Shown piece by piece: positions 8,872-19,447 of a DNA stretch of 64,000 bases. The stretch is from sequence record OZ035741.1. One strand, 5' to 3'. Source of the DNA: Felixounavirus LF82P2. Under the pieces are notes generated by a model. It did no database searches, was not told where the DNA came from, and saw only the letters and a list, made by a program, of their open reading frames with translations. The translations under genes were made by a program, and so were the position numbers. Numbering within the stretch: position 1 is the stretch's first letter; every line of letters begins with the position of its first letter.

Positions 8872-11572
8872 CCTTACCTGTGCCAGTTACAAGCGTCTCA
8901 CTCTTCAAACCTAAATTCTTAGATGCCTGACCATACATCCAGTCAGTTATGGCTTTCACTTCTTGAGTCATACTTTCTGGACATTCCCAACTGTTTTCAT
9001 CGTGGTATGCCAGCAAAAGCCTAGCACCAATTGCTGGTTTTCGTCCATTTAATTTTGTCAACCCTTCTTCACATGCTCTTCTACAAGCAAGGTTAATTGC
9101 CTCATTTTGAATCTGAGCCTCCGAACCCATGAGCAAATAATTCAATAACTTATGTGGAGATTTACACCACAACCAAGCTCCAGCAACCTTTACGAAGCCA
9201 CCTTTAGAGATTGCAGCAGTCTTACCAAACACCTCTTCAAGTGCCTTTTTAGTTGCTTTGTAGTCAGCTTCCAAGTCATCTAGCAGCTTCTTAATTTTAG
9301 GCAAACGAATAAAGTAAGTCTGTTTAGTCAGTGCACCTTCCTGAGTAGTTGCAGCTTTAATCGTCTTAGCAAACTTCTCATCACCTGCACCGAACAGCAG
9401 TGCATAGATACCATTCTTAGCTTTCTTACGGCCTTTGCTAATCTCATGGAGGAGGTTCTCATCCTGAGTAGCTCGACAAGTCAAGATGTCCTGCTCATCA
9501 TTCAAGCTAAAGTAAATACTGTTCAGTGTATGTGCATCAGTCCCTGAATAGACAACGTACAGGTCATTTTCAGAGTCATAGCGAAGGTACTTATCAATCT
9601 CTGGGTTGAGGTACTCATCAAAATGTTTGCAGTAATAGCGTCCATCTTCTTGACGAATGAACTCAATTTCTTCTTTACCTTGCGTTACCGCTTTGGTGAA
9701 GTCCTTATCACCCATAAAGTTACAAAGCAGAACTAGCTGGGCTGAGTTCATGTCTACAGAGACAACGTTAGTACCTTCCTCACAAATCCACACTGCCCTC
9801 ATTGGTTCCCCATAGACAGCAGCACCAGACGGTACGTTTACAATACCATATTGTGTCATACGTCCAGTTGAAGTACCGAACACCATTGCACCAGCACTAA
9901 GGCGACCATCAGGACGAATCTGGTTCAACCAACCTTTTTCATCATCCTTTGAGTTCTCAATAGTTCTGCGTCGGTGCATCAAAGTATAGTACTTAGCAAT
10001 CTTCTGTCCAAGTTCACCTTCAATCGTATCATAAGATGATTCAGTAAGTTTTGGTGAAGTACGGATTAAGCAAGGCTCAAGCAAATCTGTGTATTTCTTC
10101 ACAGACCAGTTATGCTCGATGTACTGGACGCCTTCATGCTCGACATAACTCAATCCACACCGTTCTACCATCTCCTGCCACTTAGGATGTTTTGTAATCA
10201 TCTTTTTATTGTCTTTGAAACGACAAACTTTGACAGGGCGACCGTCTGAGTCTTTCTTGTAGTTCCAGTCATCTGGAATCCAACCAACTGATTTCAAGTA
10301 GTCTTTTACAACTGCTACCTGAGTCATACGAGAAACTTCAAACTCAATTGGTGTATATGGTGCATCAATCAATCCTGTGTAGCGACTTGACTCAAGTTCA
10401 AAGTGGTTAACAACGTGGCTGTTATAGTACTTCACAGTTTTGACTGTTTTTACTGGCTTCCAGTCTTTGCATTTCTTACCAATCTTTGCGTTCAACTCAT
10501 TGCAAATTGCACGAGCATCCTTCATTGCTACAAAGCCTTCCTTGTACTCTTCACCAGTTACAGAGTTGGTTGGTGTATAGCAATTTCTCTTTTCAATGTT
10601 AAAAATCTTTGTAGTTGGCTTACCAAATGGTTTGATTTCGTATGTCTGCATCTCACCGTTACGCACCTGTTGACGGTACTTCGTCTTAGGATACTTGGTG
10701 ATTCTCTTCAACCCATCTGCATGACCAAATGTTTCAACATACTCATTCCAAGCCTTTGCAAACTCTTCACCAGTTACTTTACCTTTGGTCTTAATAGTTG
10801 GAGGTAGATGTGGTTCAACCTCTGAAGCAAGCTCATTAGTCAACTTGTCAAGTTCCTTTACATGGAACTCCATAAGCTCTTTATCAGCTTTCCAACCATT
10901 GATAGCTTGCTGGCTCATCCAGAAAGATGTTTCTTTAGCTCGCATGTAGGTTTCATAAGTATCTATGCCACACTTCTTAAGCTTGAGATACTCATTATCA
11001 AGTGCCCGTTTAGTTTTGGCGTTAATACGGATATCTTCTACAACACGAGTGAAGATTTCTGCATTCCACACACCCCAATGTTCAATCTCTGGTTTACGAA
11101 CACCAACACGAGCACCCCATGCAGCCAAACCATGAGCACCTTTATAACCCTTTGGAGTTGGTCTATCCATCCACTGAACACGAGACTGGATAAGAGAATC
11201 CTGAAAGAAATTACTCCACGGTTTACACTTTGGGTTATCAAAGTTCCATAAATCAGGTGCAATGTGATTGAAAACCCACCAGTCATAACCGAGACCGTTA
11301 TGGATGCAAAGACGTTTTGCCTTTAACGCAAACTCAATACCTTCACGTAAGCCACCCTTGATGTACTTGGTGTACTTGTGACCGAGAATAGGTTCATCTG
11401 TAAAGACCCATACAGGTGGCTCTTCATCGTCAGATTTATAGTCTGCGAAAGCCATTACGTGCACTTTAGTGAACTCAAGGAGTAAACCATCAGTTTCTGT
11501 ATCACCAACTAAATGTAAGTTTTTAAAATCTACGTTTTCCATTTTTACTCCCTCTAAAATCATTAACCTCAT
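8843..11572 (-). CDS. DNA polymerase, family A, with 3'-5' exonuclease domain
   Basis: 909 aa; Exo I DTETDGL; Pol A motif B-like RKKAKNGIYALLFG and motif C YHDE. Confidence 0.8.
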   Translation of the reverse strand: MRLMILEGVKMENVDFKNLHLVGDTETDGLLLEFTKVHVMAFADYKSDDEEPPVWVFTDEPILGHKYTKYIKGGLREGIEFALKAKRLCIHNGLGYDWWVFNHIAPDLWNFDNPKCKPWSNFFQDSLIQSRVQWMDRPTPKGYKGAHGLAAWGARVGVRKPEIEHWGVWNAEIFTRVVEDIRINAKTKRALDNEYLKLKKCGIDTYETYMRAKETSFWMSQQAINGWKADKELMEFHVKELDKLTNELASEVEPHLPPTIKTKGKVTGEEFAKAWNEYVETFGHADGLKRITKYPKTKYRQQVRNGEMQTYEIKPFGKPTTKIFNIEKRNCYTPTNSVTGEEYKEGFVAMKDARAICNELNAKIGKKCKDWKPVKTVKTVKYYNSHVVNHFELESSRYTGLIDAPYTPIEFEVSRMTQVAVVKDYLKSVGWIPDDWNYKKDSDGRPVKVCRFKDNKKMITKHPKWQEMVERCGLSYVEHEGVQYIEHNWSVKKYTDLLEPCLIRTSPKLTESSYDTIEGELGQKIAKYYTLMHRRRTIENSKDDEKGWLNQIRPDGRLSAGAMVFGTSTGRMTQYGIVNVPSGAAVYGEPMRAVWICEEGTNVVSVDMNSAQLVLLCNFMGDKDFTKAVTQGKEEIEFIRQEDGRYYCKHFDEYLNPEIDKYLRYDSENDLYVVYSGTDAHTLNSIYFSLNDEQDILTCRATQDENLLHEISKGRKKAKNGIYALLFGAGDEKFAKTIKAATTQEGALTKQTYFIRLPKIKKLLDDLEADYKATKKALEEVFGKTAAISKGGFVKVAGAWLWCKSPHKLLNYLLMGSEAQIQNEAINLACRRACEEGLTKLNGRKPAIGARLLLAYHDENSWECPESMTQEVKAITDWMYGQASKNLGLKSETLVTGTGKVGKSWLEVH

Positions 11573-11612
11573 ACATTACTGCAAAAAATTATAAAAAGCA
11601 AGTTGACAATGC

Positions 11613-11642
11613 ACTTGACAAGGTGTTAATCTTTGCGAAGTG
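11613..11642 (+). promoter_or_regulatory. candidate promoter with conserved ACTTGACAAGGTG box
   Basis: 13-mer ACTTGACAAGGTG (contains TTGACA) in divergent intergenic region; same 13-mer at 27958 and 56007. Confidence 0.4.
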
Positions 11643-11799
11643 GGTTTTTACTTAAAAGGTTACTTAACAGTTTAACTATACAGATACTTTAAAACTCTTA
11701 AAAGATTATTTAATAGCTTTTAAAAAGCTTTAAAGTATAACGTATAGAATACGTTAAGATAAAAGATTAAAACTTAATAGTTACTTAAAAGAGGCTTAC

Positions 11800-12222
11800 A
11801 TGCAGAAAATGTTTGTTCACCCAGACATAGCTGACTTTGTTAGAGCTTTGCAGAAGTTGGAAGAACTTGACATTGCTGCTCAGCGGGAATATGCTCACCA
11901 TCACAGGAGAATGGTTGATATACAACATGAAATAGAGTTGTCTGAAAACTATGAAGACGACTTAAAATGCTCTGTATTTGAGCATATGAAAGATGTTGCT
12001 ACAGCGAGACGTAAAGCTAAAGACACAGTTGCTTTACTAGATTCTCTTAAAAAGAGGTTGCAAAGTGGTACAGACCTGTGTAATCTAGCGTCACTGATTA
12101 ACGATGTTGAAACTTCTTGGGATAGGCACTATTATCCACGTTCTGAAAAGACACTTGACTTTTCTTCATCCGAAAACTTAAAATGTTCTAGAAAGAAACT
12201 TAACCAACTGAGAGAGAAATAA
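11800..12222 (+). CDS. hypothetical protein
   Basis: 140 aa ORF; first gene of plus-strand block. Confidence 0.4.
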   Translation: MQKMFVHPDIADFVRALQKLEELDIAAQREYAHHHRRMVDIQHEIELSENYEDDLKCSVFEHMKDVATARRKAKDTVALLDSLKKRLQSGTDLCNLASLINDVETSWDRHYYPRSEKTLDFSSSENLKCSRKKLNQLREK

Positions 12223-12223
12223 T

Positions 12224-13036
12224 ATGAATATCGATGTAGAAAAGATGCTTGAAGAGAAAGGTGTTGATGAAGCATTCTTAATCAATGCCGTAGAAATCAT
12301 GGCTATGATTCTTCGTGGTAATAACTACACAGAACAGTTTATGCCTGCAAGCTATAACTTGCCTGAAGACAAGTCTGATAACGGTGCTTTTGCAGAACAG
12401 GTCAACATGATGTTAACAGACACTACACTTGCTCTGGCATCTATTGCGGTTGGTGTTGATGCACTTGCTGAGTTCATTTTTTATGAAATGCAAAAGAATG
12501 ACTATATCAGGATGTCAGACGAAGATAAGGAACTGTTGCTGACTAAGGACACTGATTTCATTATTGATACGCTTATCTCATCAACGAGTGCTGTTATGGC
12601 TGTTCTTGAGAAGCGTATGGAAGAGAAACTTTCACGATATGAAAAACTTGATTGGGGCGTAGAAGAATTAAACCCACGAATCAAAGAGATTATCCAGCAA
12701 ACTAAAGAGTCTTTGGAAGAAGCTGTTGAAAATGACTCTGTAGCTGACATTGAACCACTTCAGGTGAAAGTTGCACTGATGATTCCAGCTATCTCTACGA
12801 TGATGAATATCGTTGCACTAATCCAACTGTCACAGATGATGGGTGTGAGTATTGAGTTCATTGAGGAAATGACTGGTGGCGTTAGTATGCAAGCAATCAA
12901 TGATGTTCTGGTGAGCATTGGTGCTTCAATCATTGAAGAGAAGCTGCGCATTAACTTTGGTGATGATTTTGTGAAGCAAATCTCAGCTATGGCTGAAAAA
13001 GAGTATTCACAGGCTAATACTGACCAACTGCACTAA
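12224..13036 (+). CDS. hypothetical protein
   Basis: 270 aa ORF. Confidence 0.45.
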   Translation: MNIDVEKMLEEKGVDEAFLINAVEIMAMILRGNNYTEQFMPASYNLPEDKSDNGAFAEQVNMMLTDTTLALASIAVGVDALAEFIFYEMQKNDYIRMSDEDKELLLTKDTDFIIDTLISSTSAVMAVLEKRMEEKLSRYEKLDWGVEELNPRIKEIIQQTKESLEEAVENDSVADIEPLQVKVALMIPAISTMMNIVALIQLSQMMGVSIEFIEEMTGGVSMQAINDVLVSIGASIIEEKLRINFGDDFVKQISAMAEKEYSQANTDQLH

Positions 13037-13054
13037 GTCTTTATAAATCTTACA

Positions 13055-13078
13055 AGCCTCCTTAGTTGGGGGCTTTTT
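13055..13078 (+). terminator. rho-independent terminator
   Basis: AGCCTCC..GGGGGCT hairpin followed by TTTTT. Confidence 0.4.
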
Positions 13079-13097
13079 AGTAATTAATGGAGATAAG

Positions 13098-13841
13098 ATG
13101 AGTAATATTATAGCATTTACTGGAAAGGCGCGTTCTGGAAAAGACACCTCATGTTCTATTGTGAAGAACATCTTAGAGGATGAGCACGGCTACAATGTTG
13201 CAGTAATGGCCTTTGCAGACAACCTTAAACTATCTGCATCAAAGATATTTGACTTGACTTGGAATGACCTGTACGGTGAAACTAAAGAGACTCCGCAGGT
13301 ATTTGACTTATCATATCATGAACTGATGTTTAAAGTTACGGAAGCTATGGAGTTCACCTTCAGGGATGAACGTTACCATATGGACTTCAAGCTTATGTCA
13401 GAGTTAACCGGACGATTAATCATGGAGCTTAAGAAGGTTGCTAAACCGACTCTATTGACACGTCTGGGGTTTAGTAAAAAGTATAAATTCTCATCAAGAC
13501 AAATTCAACAGATTTGGGGTACTGAAGTTGTCCGTAAAGTAATGGGCGACAAGTTCTGGTCTAAAGACCTTGAAAAAAGAATGGTTAGATTCCATGAAAT
13601 GTGCTCACTTAGAAATCAATATGGTTTTGTCTTAATCAGTGATTTAAGATTTGACTCTGAAGCTGAATGGCTGAGTAGATTTGCACACCAAACTATTGAA
13701 GTAAAAAGAGACAATGTGGACAAAGTTTCATCACATGTTTCAGAAAATGGGATTTCTACAAAATATGAGCGTGACATTATTCATAATAATGGTACTCTTG
13801 CAGACCTTGAGAACAAGCTAAGAGCCATCATTAAAGTTTGA
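13098..13841 (+). CDS. deoxynucleoside monophosphate kinase-like P-loop protein
   Basis: N-terminal IAFTGKARSGKDT Walker A resembling phage dNMP kinases. Confidence 0.5.
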   Translation: MSNIIAFTGKARSGKDTSCSIVKNILEDEHGYNVAVMAFADNLKLSASKIFDLTWNDLYGETKETPQVFDLSYHELMFKVTEAMEFTFRDERYHMDFKLMSELTGRLIMELKKVAKPTLLTRLGFSKKYKFSSRQIQQIWGTEVVRKVMGDKFWSKDLEKRMVRFHEMCSLRNQYGFVLISDLRFDSEAEWLSRFAHQTIEVKRDNVDKVSSHVSENGISTKYERDIIHNNGTLADLENKLRAIIKV

Positions 13842-14050
13842 AAGAGATAATGAAGATGAGAGTAAAAGACAATTTTAAAGTTATTGACCACCGTTTAGTG
13901 GAACTCTCATCTCTTTCCAATGAGGTAATGATTGAACGTCTTAAGAGAGTTGAATCACGAAGGAAAGAGATTGCAGATGAAATTCATGAACTGGACAAGA
14001 TTGAAAATGGATTGAAGGCAGAACTACAACGAAGAGGTGCTAATGTCTAA
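13838..14050 (+). CDS. hypothetical coiled-coil protein
   Basis: 70 aa ORF, charged helical sequence. Confidence 0.35.
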   Translation: MKEIMKMRVKDNFKVIDHRLVELSSLSNEVMIERLKRVESRRKEIADEIHELDKIENGLKAELQRRGANV

Positions 14051-16028
14051 AGGTCGTAAATTGAAAGAGGCTGGTCAGTTTGTTGGTCATTGCGCATGTC
14101 CACGTTGTGGTTCATCAGATGCTGGTTCAATCTATCACCATGACGATGATTCTTATTCAATGACTTGCTTTAGTTGTAACAAAGGTTTCCCAGAGTGGGA
14201 TTTTGATAAAGGACAAATCGTGAGCACTTATTCTACTGGTTCAGACAATAAAAACCGTACTTTCCGTGGAATGGATTTAGACGATGTGAGAGAAAACCTT
14301 GAAGCAATGGACTTAAAGGACAGGAAGATTCCTGCAAAAGTTCTTGAGCGTTTGGGTATCAAGGTTGACATTGACAGTGACGGTGAAATTGATGCGCATT
14401 TCTATCCAACTTACAAACGTAATGAAGATGGTAAGCTAGAGCACGTCGGTTACCGTGTACGTCATCGTTATCCAGAAGACCATCCAAAAGAACACCTACG
14501 AGGTAAGCTAAAAGACTTCTCAGGTGGTGTTGGAGACATTAAAGGTGAACTGGCAATGTTCGGTTCATGGATTGCTCCAGAAGGTGGTAACCGTCTATTC
14601 ATCTGGGAAGGTGAGATGGAATGTGCGACAGCAATCTATATGACTTCTCTTGCGATTAAGGACAAGTCTCGTCGTAAGAATTACTGTCACGTATCTGTTC
14701 CATCAGGTGCAAACATCAAGTCTATCAAAGATAACTATCAGTACATTACATCCTTTGATGAAATTTACTTGTGCTTTGATAACGATGAAGCAGGTGCTAA
14801 AGCTACTAAAGAGGCTGCTGGTATCCTACCTATTGAGAAGGTTCGTTTATTCCAGTACCCAGAGGGTGTAAAAGACCTTAACGAATGGTGGACAAAGTTC
14901 TATAAAGAAAAAGATACAGTTCTGGAAGGATTTAAGCAGCGTATCTACAATGCACCTCGTTACTGCCCTGCTGGTATCAAGAACTTCGCAGATGGTTTTG
15001 AGGCAATGAAGAATCGTGGTCAGATTCCATTGATTCCTTTCCCAGAATCATTCGGAGATTTGAACAGACTGACTTATGGTGGTTATGGTTTAGGTGAGAT
15101 TACAACTCTGGCAGCACCCTCTTCAGTGGGTAAATCTGCATACACTCGTGAAATGATTTATACTGCTTGGAAAGATACCGATTACAATATTGGTGTAATT
15201 CCTGTAGAAGATACCTATGAAGAGTTGATGGAGATGCTCTGTGCAATCCACCTGAGCAAGCAGATTTCTGAGATTCCTTATGACGAACGTGATTGGGATG
15301 AATTGAAGAAGGCACACGCAGAACTGTCTAAAGGTCGTCGTATCCACATCGTTGACCATCAAGGGGCAATTGACCAAGATAACTTGCTGGAGTTTGTTGA
15401 CTATCTTGTTAACAGCTTAGACTGTAAGATTATTATTCTTGACCCTATTACGTTGGCTCTGTCACGTTCAGATACGGACGAAGAGGAAGTTTTATCTGAG
15501 CTATTGCGTCGTTGCAAACGCTACCAGTATGCACAGGTGAACGTCTGTCACGTTCGTAAGAGTGCAGGTGGTCAGAAGGCTAACTCCGAAGGTGGAGATA
15601 TCTCTGAAGAGGATATTAAAGGTTCTGGTGCGTATTTCCAGATTTCTATGAACAACATTCTGTTAATGCGTAACAAGGTTGACCCAGACCCTGTTAAGAA
15701 AAACTTGACAAAAATCAAGTTAACTAAATGCCGTCGTCACGGTAAGTCAACAGGTATTGCTGGTCATACTTGGTACAATCCAGATACAGGACGTCTCATT
15801 AAAGCCTCTGGTTGTGGAGTTGACATTGATGGTGCAGCAGAAAATATTCGCCAACAGTTTGGTATTGGTGAAGCTGAAGACCATTACGATGACTCTTTGC
15901 CACATTATGAGGATGAAGTGTTTGACCGTGAGACTGGTGAAGTCTATACTGAAGAGCAGCGTCAAAGCTCAACGATTCCACCTGTATTAAGTGAGGATGC
16001 AGATGACTGCCCGTTCGAAACTGAGTGA
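14037..16028 (+). CDS. bifunctional DNA primase/helicase (T7 gp4-like)
   Basis: N-terminal Cys4 zinc ribbon (CPRCG..CFSCN), central primase-like region, C-terminal Walker A (APSSVGKSAYT) helicase. Confidence 0.7.
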   Translation: MLMSKGRKLKEAGQFVGHCACPRCGSSDAGSIYHHDDDSYSMTCFSCNKGFPEWDFDKGQIVSTYSTGSDNKNRTFRGMDLDDVRENLEAMDLKDRKIPAKVLERLGIKVDIDSDGEIDAHFYPTYKRNEDGKLEHVGYRVRHRYPEDHPKEHLRGKLKDFSGGVGDIKGELAMFGSWIAPEGGNRLFIWEGEMECATAIYMTSLAIKDKSRRKNYCHVSVPSGANIKSIKDNYQYITSFDEIYLCFDNDEAGAKATKEAAGILPIEKVRLFQYPEGVKDLNEWWTKFYKEKDTVLEGFKQRIYNAPRYCPAGIKNFADGFEAMKNRGQIPLIPFPESFGDLNRLTYGGYGLGEITTLAAPSSVGKSAYTREMIYTAWKDTDYNIGVIPVEDTYEELMEMLCAIHLSKQISEIPYDERDWDELKKAHAELSKGRRIHIVDHQGAIDQDNLLEFVDYLVNSLDCKIIILDPITLALSRSDTDEEEVLSELLRRCKRYQYAQVNVCHVRKSAGGQKANSEGGDISEEDIKGSGAYFQISMNNILLMRNKVDPDPVKKNLTKIKLTKCRRHGKSTGIAGHTWYNPDTGRLIKASGCGVDIDGAAENIRQQFGIGEAEDHYDDSLPHYEDEVFDRETGEVYTEEQRQSSTIPPVLSEDADDCPFETE

Positions 16029-16280
16029 TAGCTATAAAAGAGAGGGGTTCACACCCTTATTTGAAGAAAAAAGCTTAAATAAATTTCATGAAGAGTGTTT
16101 GACAAAGATTGATAGGTTCTATAGAATGCTCCACATGAAATGCGATGGAGAAGTTGAAATAGAACAGCAGTTCCATCAAAGTATGATTACAGTCATCATT
16201 ACACTGCCTCAGCATAATATTGGTTGGCTGTTTATAATGAAAGAAAATGTGTTTGAATATCAAGTATATCGGAGAATATC

Positions 16281-16430
16281 ATGAAACACTCTAAAGCATT
16301 TGAAAAAGTTTTTGGGGATTCCTTAAAAGCCACTGCTGGAAAACCAGCAAAATACTATGAAGAAAAACGTGTAAGAACTGGAAAAACTGCACGTAAAGCA
16401 GCTTCTAAAGATAAGCACAACTTCCAGTAA
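16281..16430 (+). CDS. hypothetical small basic protein (49 aa, not in ORF track)
   Basis: GGAGAA RBS 5 nt before ATG; Lys-rich ORF. Confidence 0.3.
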   Translation: MKHSKAFEKVFGDSLKATAGKPAKYYEEKRVRTGKTARKAASKDKHNFQ

Positions 16431-16460
16431 TTAGTATTTGACAATAGAGTATCAACAAAT
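16431..16460 (+). promoter_or_regulatory. sigma70-like promoter (TTGACA-17-TAGAAT)
   Basis: Good -35/-10 match upstream of 16503 gene. Confidence 0.4.
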
Positions 16461-16502
16461 TAGAATTGATACTCTTCATAAATTGAGATAGAGGTTTAAA
16501 TA

Positions 16503-17360
16503 ATGTCTAAAGTTGTTAAAATGAAAGCTCCGGTAGAGAAGTACAACGGTACTGAACGTCAAACTCTGCGTTACCTGCTGAAAGATGTCTGGTTTTATTA
16601 CCTGAACACTTCACCACGTCCGGGTAAAGGTAAATCTATTGACAAGAAATTCCCAGGAAAAGATTGTAACTACAGCGTATCAATTCTGGCAGAAGACGGT
16701 AACAAACTCTTTAAAGAGTTTACTAAGTCTAAGAAGAACCCAGAGGGTTGGGATAAAGTTACTACTGAAGCAGTTGATGCAGATGACTTCGAAGAGAAGT
16801 TTGGCTGCAAACCACCATTTGAAGCAGACACTTACTACATCTTGAAAGTAAGTCGTGCAGCAGCTTATAAAGATGGTGCTGTATGGACAGCTAAACAGTC
16901 ATTCCCTGTAATGCTGATTGAAGAAGTGAATGGTAAGCGTGTAGCTGTTAAGCAGCCGATGAAGAAAATCAAAGCTCAAGCATCTGATAAACATGAAGAT
17001 GACAAGAACTATGATGTAATTCATCCAGATATCGCAGTTGGTAACGGTTCTTTTGGTAGTGTGATTCTTTCTACTCACTTCTACACTTTTGAGAACAATG
17101 TTCTGACAAAACCTATTCAGGAACAGTTTATCATCGATACCCTTGTACCTTACACTGGTGGTAACGGTGCTAATGGTGAACCTGAACTGGATGAAGATGA
17201 ACTGGCTATGCTTGGTCTTGATGGTGTCGAAGATAACGGTGAAATCACTGAAGAAGACGCAACAGACCATAAATCTTCGAATGATTCTGATGATGGTGAT
17301 GATGAAGATTTGCCAGACCCAGATGACGAAGAAGATGAAGACTTCGATACAGAAGACTAA
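16503..17360 (+). CDS. single-stranded DNA-binding protein (putative)
   Basis: Strongly acidic C-terminal tail (DDGDDEDLPDPDDEEDEDFDTED); sits between helicase and 5'-3' exonuclease. Confidence 0.4.
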   Translation: MSKVVKMKAPVEKYNGTERQTLRYLLKDVWFYYLNTSPRPGKGKSIDKKFPGKDCNYSVSILAEDGNKLFKEFTKSKKNPEGWDKVTTEAVDADDFEEKFGCKPPFEADTYYILKVSRAAAYKDGAVWTAKQSFPVMLIEEVNGKRVAVKQPMKKIKAQASDKHEDDKNYDVIHPDIAVGNGSFGSVILSTHFYTFENNVLTKPIQEQFIIDTLVPYTGGNGANGEPELDEDELAMLGLDGVEDNGEITEEDATDHKSSNDSDDGDDEDLPDPDDEEDEDFDTED

Positions 17361-17378
17361 TCTCTAAAAGTTACTTTA

Positions 17379-17407
17379 AAGCCCTGTACTTAGTATGGGG
17401 CTTTTTC
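17379..17407 (+). terminator. rho-independent terminator
   Basis: AGCCC..GGGGCT hairpin followed by TTTTT. Confidence 0.45.
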
Positions 17408-17422
17408 ATATGGAGAGCCATA

Positions 17423-18469
17423 ATGGAGAAGTACACATTAACAAAACTTCCCGATTCAGTTACACATGTTTTTATTGACTCTGACAGCATTGCCTATAAA
17501 GGTGCTTGTGTAGTTGAGAAAGCAAAATATAAATACGTCAATAAACTCACAGCAGAAGAATCTGAACCATTTGACAATGCGAAAGATGCTGCAAGATGGT
17601 TAGCAGACCAGAGAATCCTTGTGGAAGAACTTGGCCTGACATTTGATGAAGATGAATGGGAAAGACAGACTTGGAAAGAAGCTAAGAGTGAAAAAGAAGC
17701 TATCATGGCTACTCAACAGGTGCTTCAGGAATGGCTTAAGATTGTTGGTAAAGAAAGAACTTGGGTAGGCTATTTAACAGAGAAAGGTGTGCATAAACAT
17801 AAAGACATTAAAGGTCTTGAGCACCAATATCAAGGGAACCGTAAAGATGCTGTCACACCAACACACTTAGTCGCTTGTCGTGAATACCTTCTGTCAAGAC
17901 CAGAGTTCAAACTCTTAAAGGGAGGATTCGAAGCCGATTCAATCGTAATTGCTAAAGCTGAAAAGATGGGTAAGAAAGCTGCTCTTATGAGTATTGACAA
18001 AGACCTTCGACAAGCTGAAGGAACTTATTGTATTGATATGACTTATGAAAAGTCACCACTAATTTTTATCGCTGATAATAATGTTGGTGATATCTGGGAT
18101 TGTCCTATCAAATCAAAACCAAAAGCTGCAAAAACAGTTGGTGTAGGTTTTAAATTCTTGTGTTATCAGGCTGTTGCTGGAGATAATGCAGACAACTACT
18201 TCGGCCTAAAAGGTGCTGGTAAAGTAGCTGTGATGAATGCTTTAGATGGTAAAGAGACCTACAAAGAGTGTCTTGACGCTATCTATGAACTCTATGCTAA
18301 AAAAGACTCTTATACCTATGTGTCATGGGATGGACAGACTGTTACAAAGACACCGTTAGAGTTAATGGAACAGCATTTCTTCCTAGCTTATCAAGAGCGA
18401 AATAAATCAGATATTTTTTCATTTGAAAAGTATGGTTGGACTCCAAATGTTGACTCAGCAGATACTTAA
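17423..18469 (+). CDS. 5'-3' exonuclease / flap endonuclease
   Basis: H3TH-like GDNADNYFGLKGAGKVA motif and acidic residues near N-terminus. Confidence 0.55.
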   Translation: MEKYTLTKLPDSVTHVFIDSDSIAYKGACVVEKAKYKYVNKLTAEESEPFDNAKDAARWLADQRILVEELGLTFDEDEWERQTWKEAKSEKEAIMATQQVLQEWLKIVGKERTWVGYLTEKGVHKHKDIKGLEHQYQGNRKDAVTPTHLVACREYLLSRPEFKLLKGGFEADSIVIAKAEKMGKKAALMSIDKDLRQAEGTYCIDMTYEKSPLIFIADNNVGDIWDCPIKSKPKAAKTVGVGFKFLCYQAVAGDNADNYFGLKGAGKVAVMNALDGKETYKECLDAIYELYAKKDSYTYVSWDGQTVTKTPLELMEQHFFLAYQERNKSDIFSFEKYGWTPNVDSADT

Positions 18470-18947
18470 AGAATATCTACACTATGACCCCGAAACAGGG
18501 GTCTTTACGTGGATAAAGAAATCAGCTAACAGAACAGTTATAGGTTCCATTGCAGGTACACCACATAAGCGAGGTTATATTAGGATAAAAATTAAAAGAA
18601 AACCCTATATGGCTCATGATTTAGCAATCCTGTACACAGACGGTTTCCTACCTAACAGAGTAGACCATCGCAACGGTATTACTAATGATAATCGGAGATT
18701 AAATCTAAGGGTTTGCACACAAGCTGAAAACTCTTGGAATAGAAGAACACACTCCAACAACACATCTGGAGTTAAGGGTGTATCTTTCTATAAGGCTAAC
18801 CAAAAATGGAAGGCCAGAGTTATGACACACGGAGTATCTCACTTTCTGGGGTATTTTGACAGTATTGAAGATGCCAAAGATGCAGTCACAAAGAAAAGAG
18901 AAGAACTACATAAAGAGTTTTCAAATCACGGAGAAGCTTATGAATGA
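18423..18947 (+). CDS. HNH homing endonuclease (AP2-like)
   Basis: GVFTW motif; DHRNGITNDNRRLNLRVCTQAEN core; paralog of 8308-8871. Confidence 0.6.
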   Translation: MKSMVGLQMLTQQILKEYLHYDPETGVFTWIKKSANRTVIGSIAGTPHKRGYIRIKIKRKPYMAHDLAILYTDGFLPNRVDHRNGITNDNRRLNLRVCTQAENSWNRRTHSNNTSGVKGVSFYKANQKWKARVMTHGVSHFLGYFDSIEDAKDAVTKKREELHKEFSNHGEAYE

Positions 18948-19441
18948 AGATTAAAGGATTTGGCAATTGCCCCACCTATGGTCATTGGGTATCTTTATGT
19001 GGGGAAGTTGACCCCACTAAACATTTTGGCTTTGTCTATTTAGTACACTGTAAGAAGACTGGACAATATTATATCGGAAAGAAACAGCTTAATAGTGTGA
19101 CTAAAAGAAAAGTTGCTGGCAAGACTCGGAAGAAGGTAGTCACTAAGGAGAGTGATTGGATGACTTATGAGACTTCTTCTGAGTATATCAAAAAAGATAT
19201 TGAAAGCTTTGGAAAAGAATCTTTTGACTTTTATATTATTCAAACCTACTACACGAAAGGTGGTCTAGTTTATGGTGAAGCAAACCTCCAACATAAATTC
19301 GATGTAATGACAAAAAGGATTGACTCTAAGCTCAGACTCTTCTACAATGCCAATATTGCAGCAATTAAGTTTATTACTAAAGAAACTTATGAAGATGCTG
19401 AAAAAAGAATCCATAAGGTAATGAAAGCAAATTGTGCTTGA
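18944..19441 (+). CDS. hypothetical protein
   Basis: 165 aa ORF. Confidence 0.4.
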   Translation: MKIKGFGNCPTYGHWVSLCGEVDPTKHFGFVYLVHCKKTGQYYIGKKQLNSVTKRKVAGKTRKKVVTKESDWMTYETSSEYIKKDIESFGKESFDFYIIQTYYTKGGLVYGEANLQHKFDVMTKRIDSKLRLFYNANIAAIKFITKETYEDAEKRIHKVMKANCA

Positions 19442-19447
19442 TAACTA

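Noticed and set aside
10403-11286. Antisense and alternative-frame ORFs inside the DNA polymerase gene (10403-10807, 10862-11251, 11038-11286)
   Set aside because: They lie wholly within a well-supported 909 aa polymerase ORF and have low-complexity hydrophobic sequence; likely spurious. The same reasoning was applied to similar internal ORFs in nrdA, nrdD, nadV, the rIIA-like gene and the primase-helicase.
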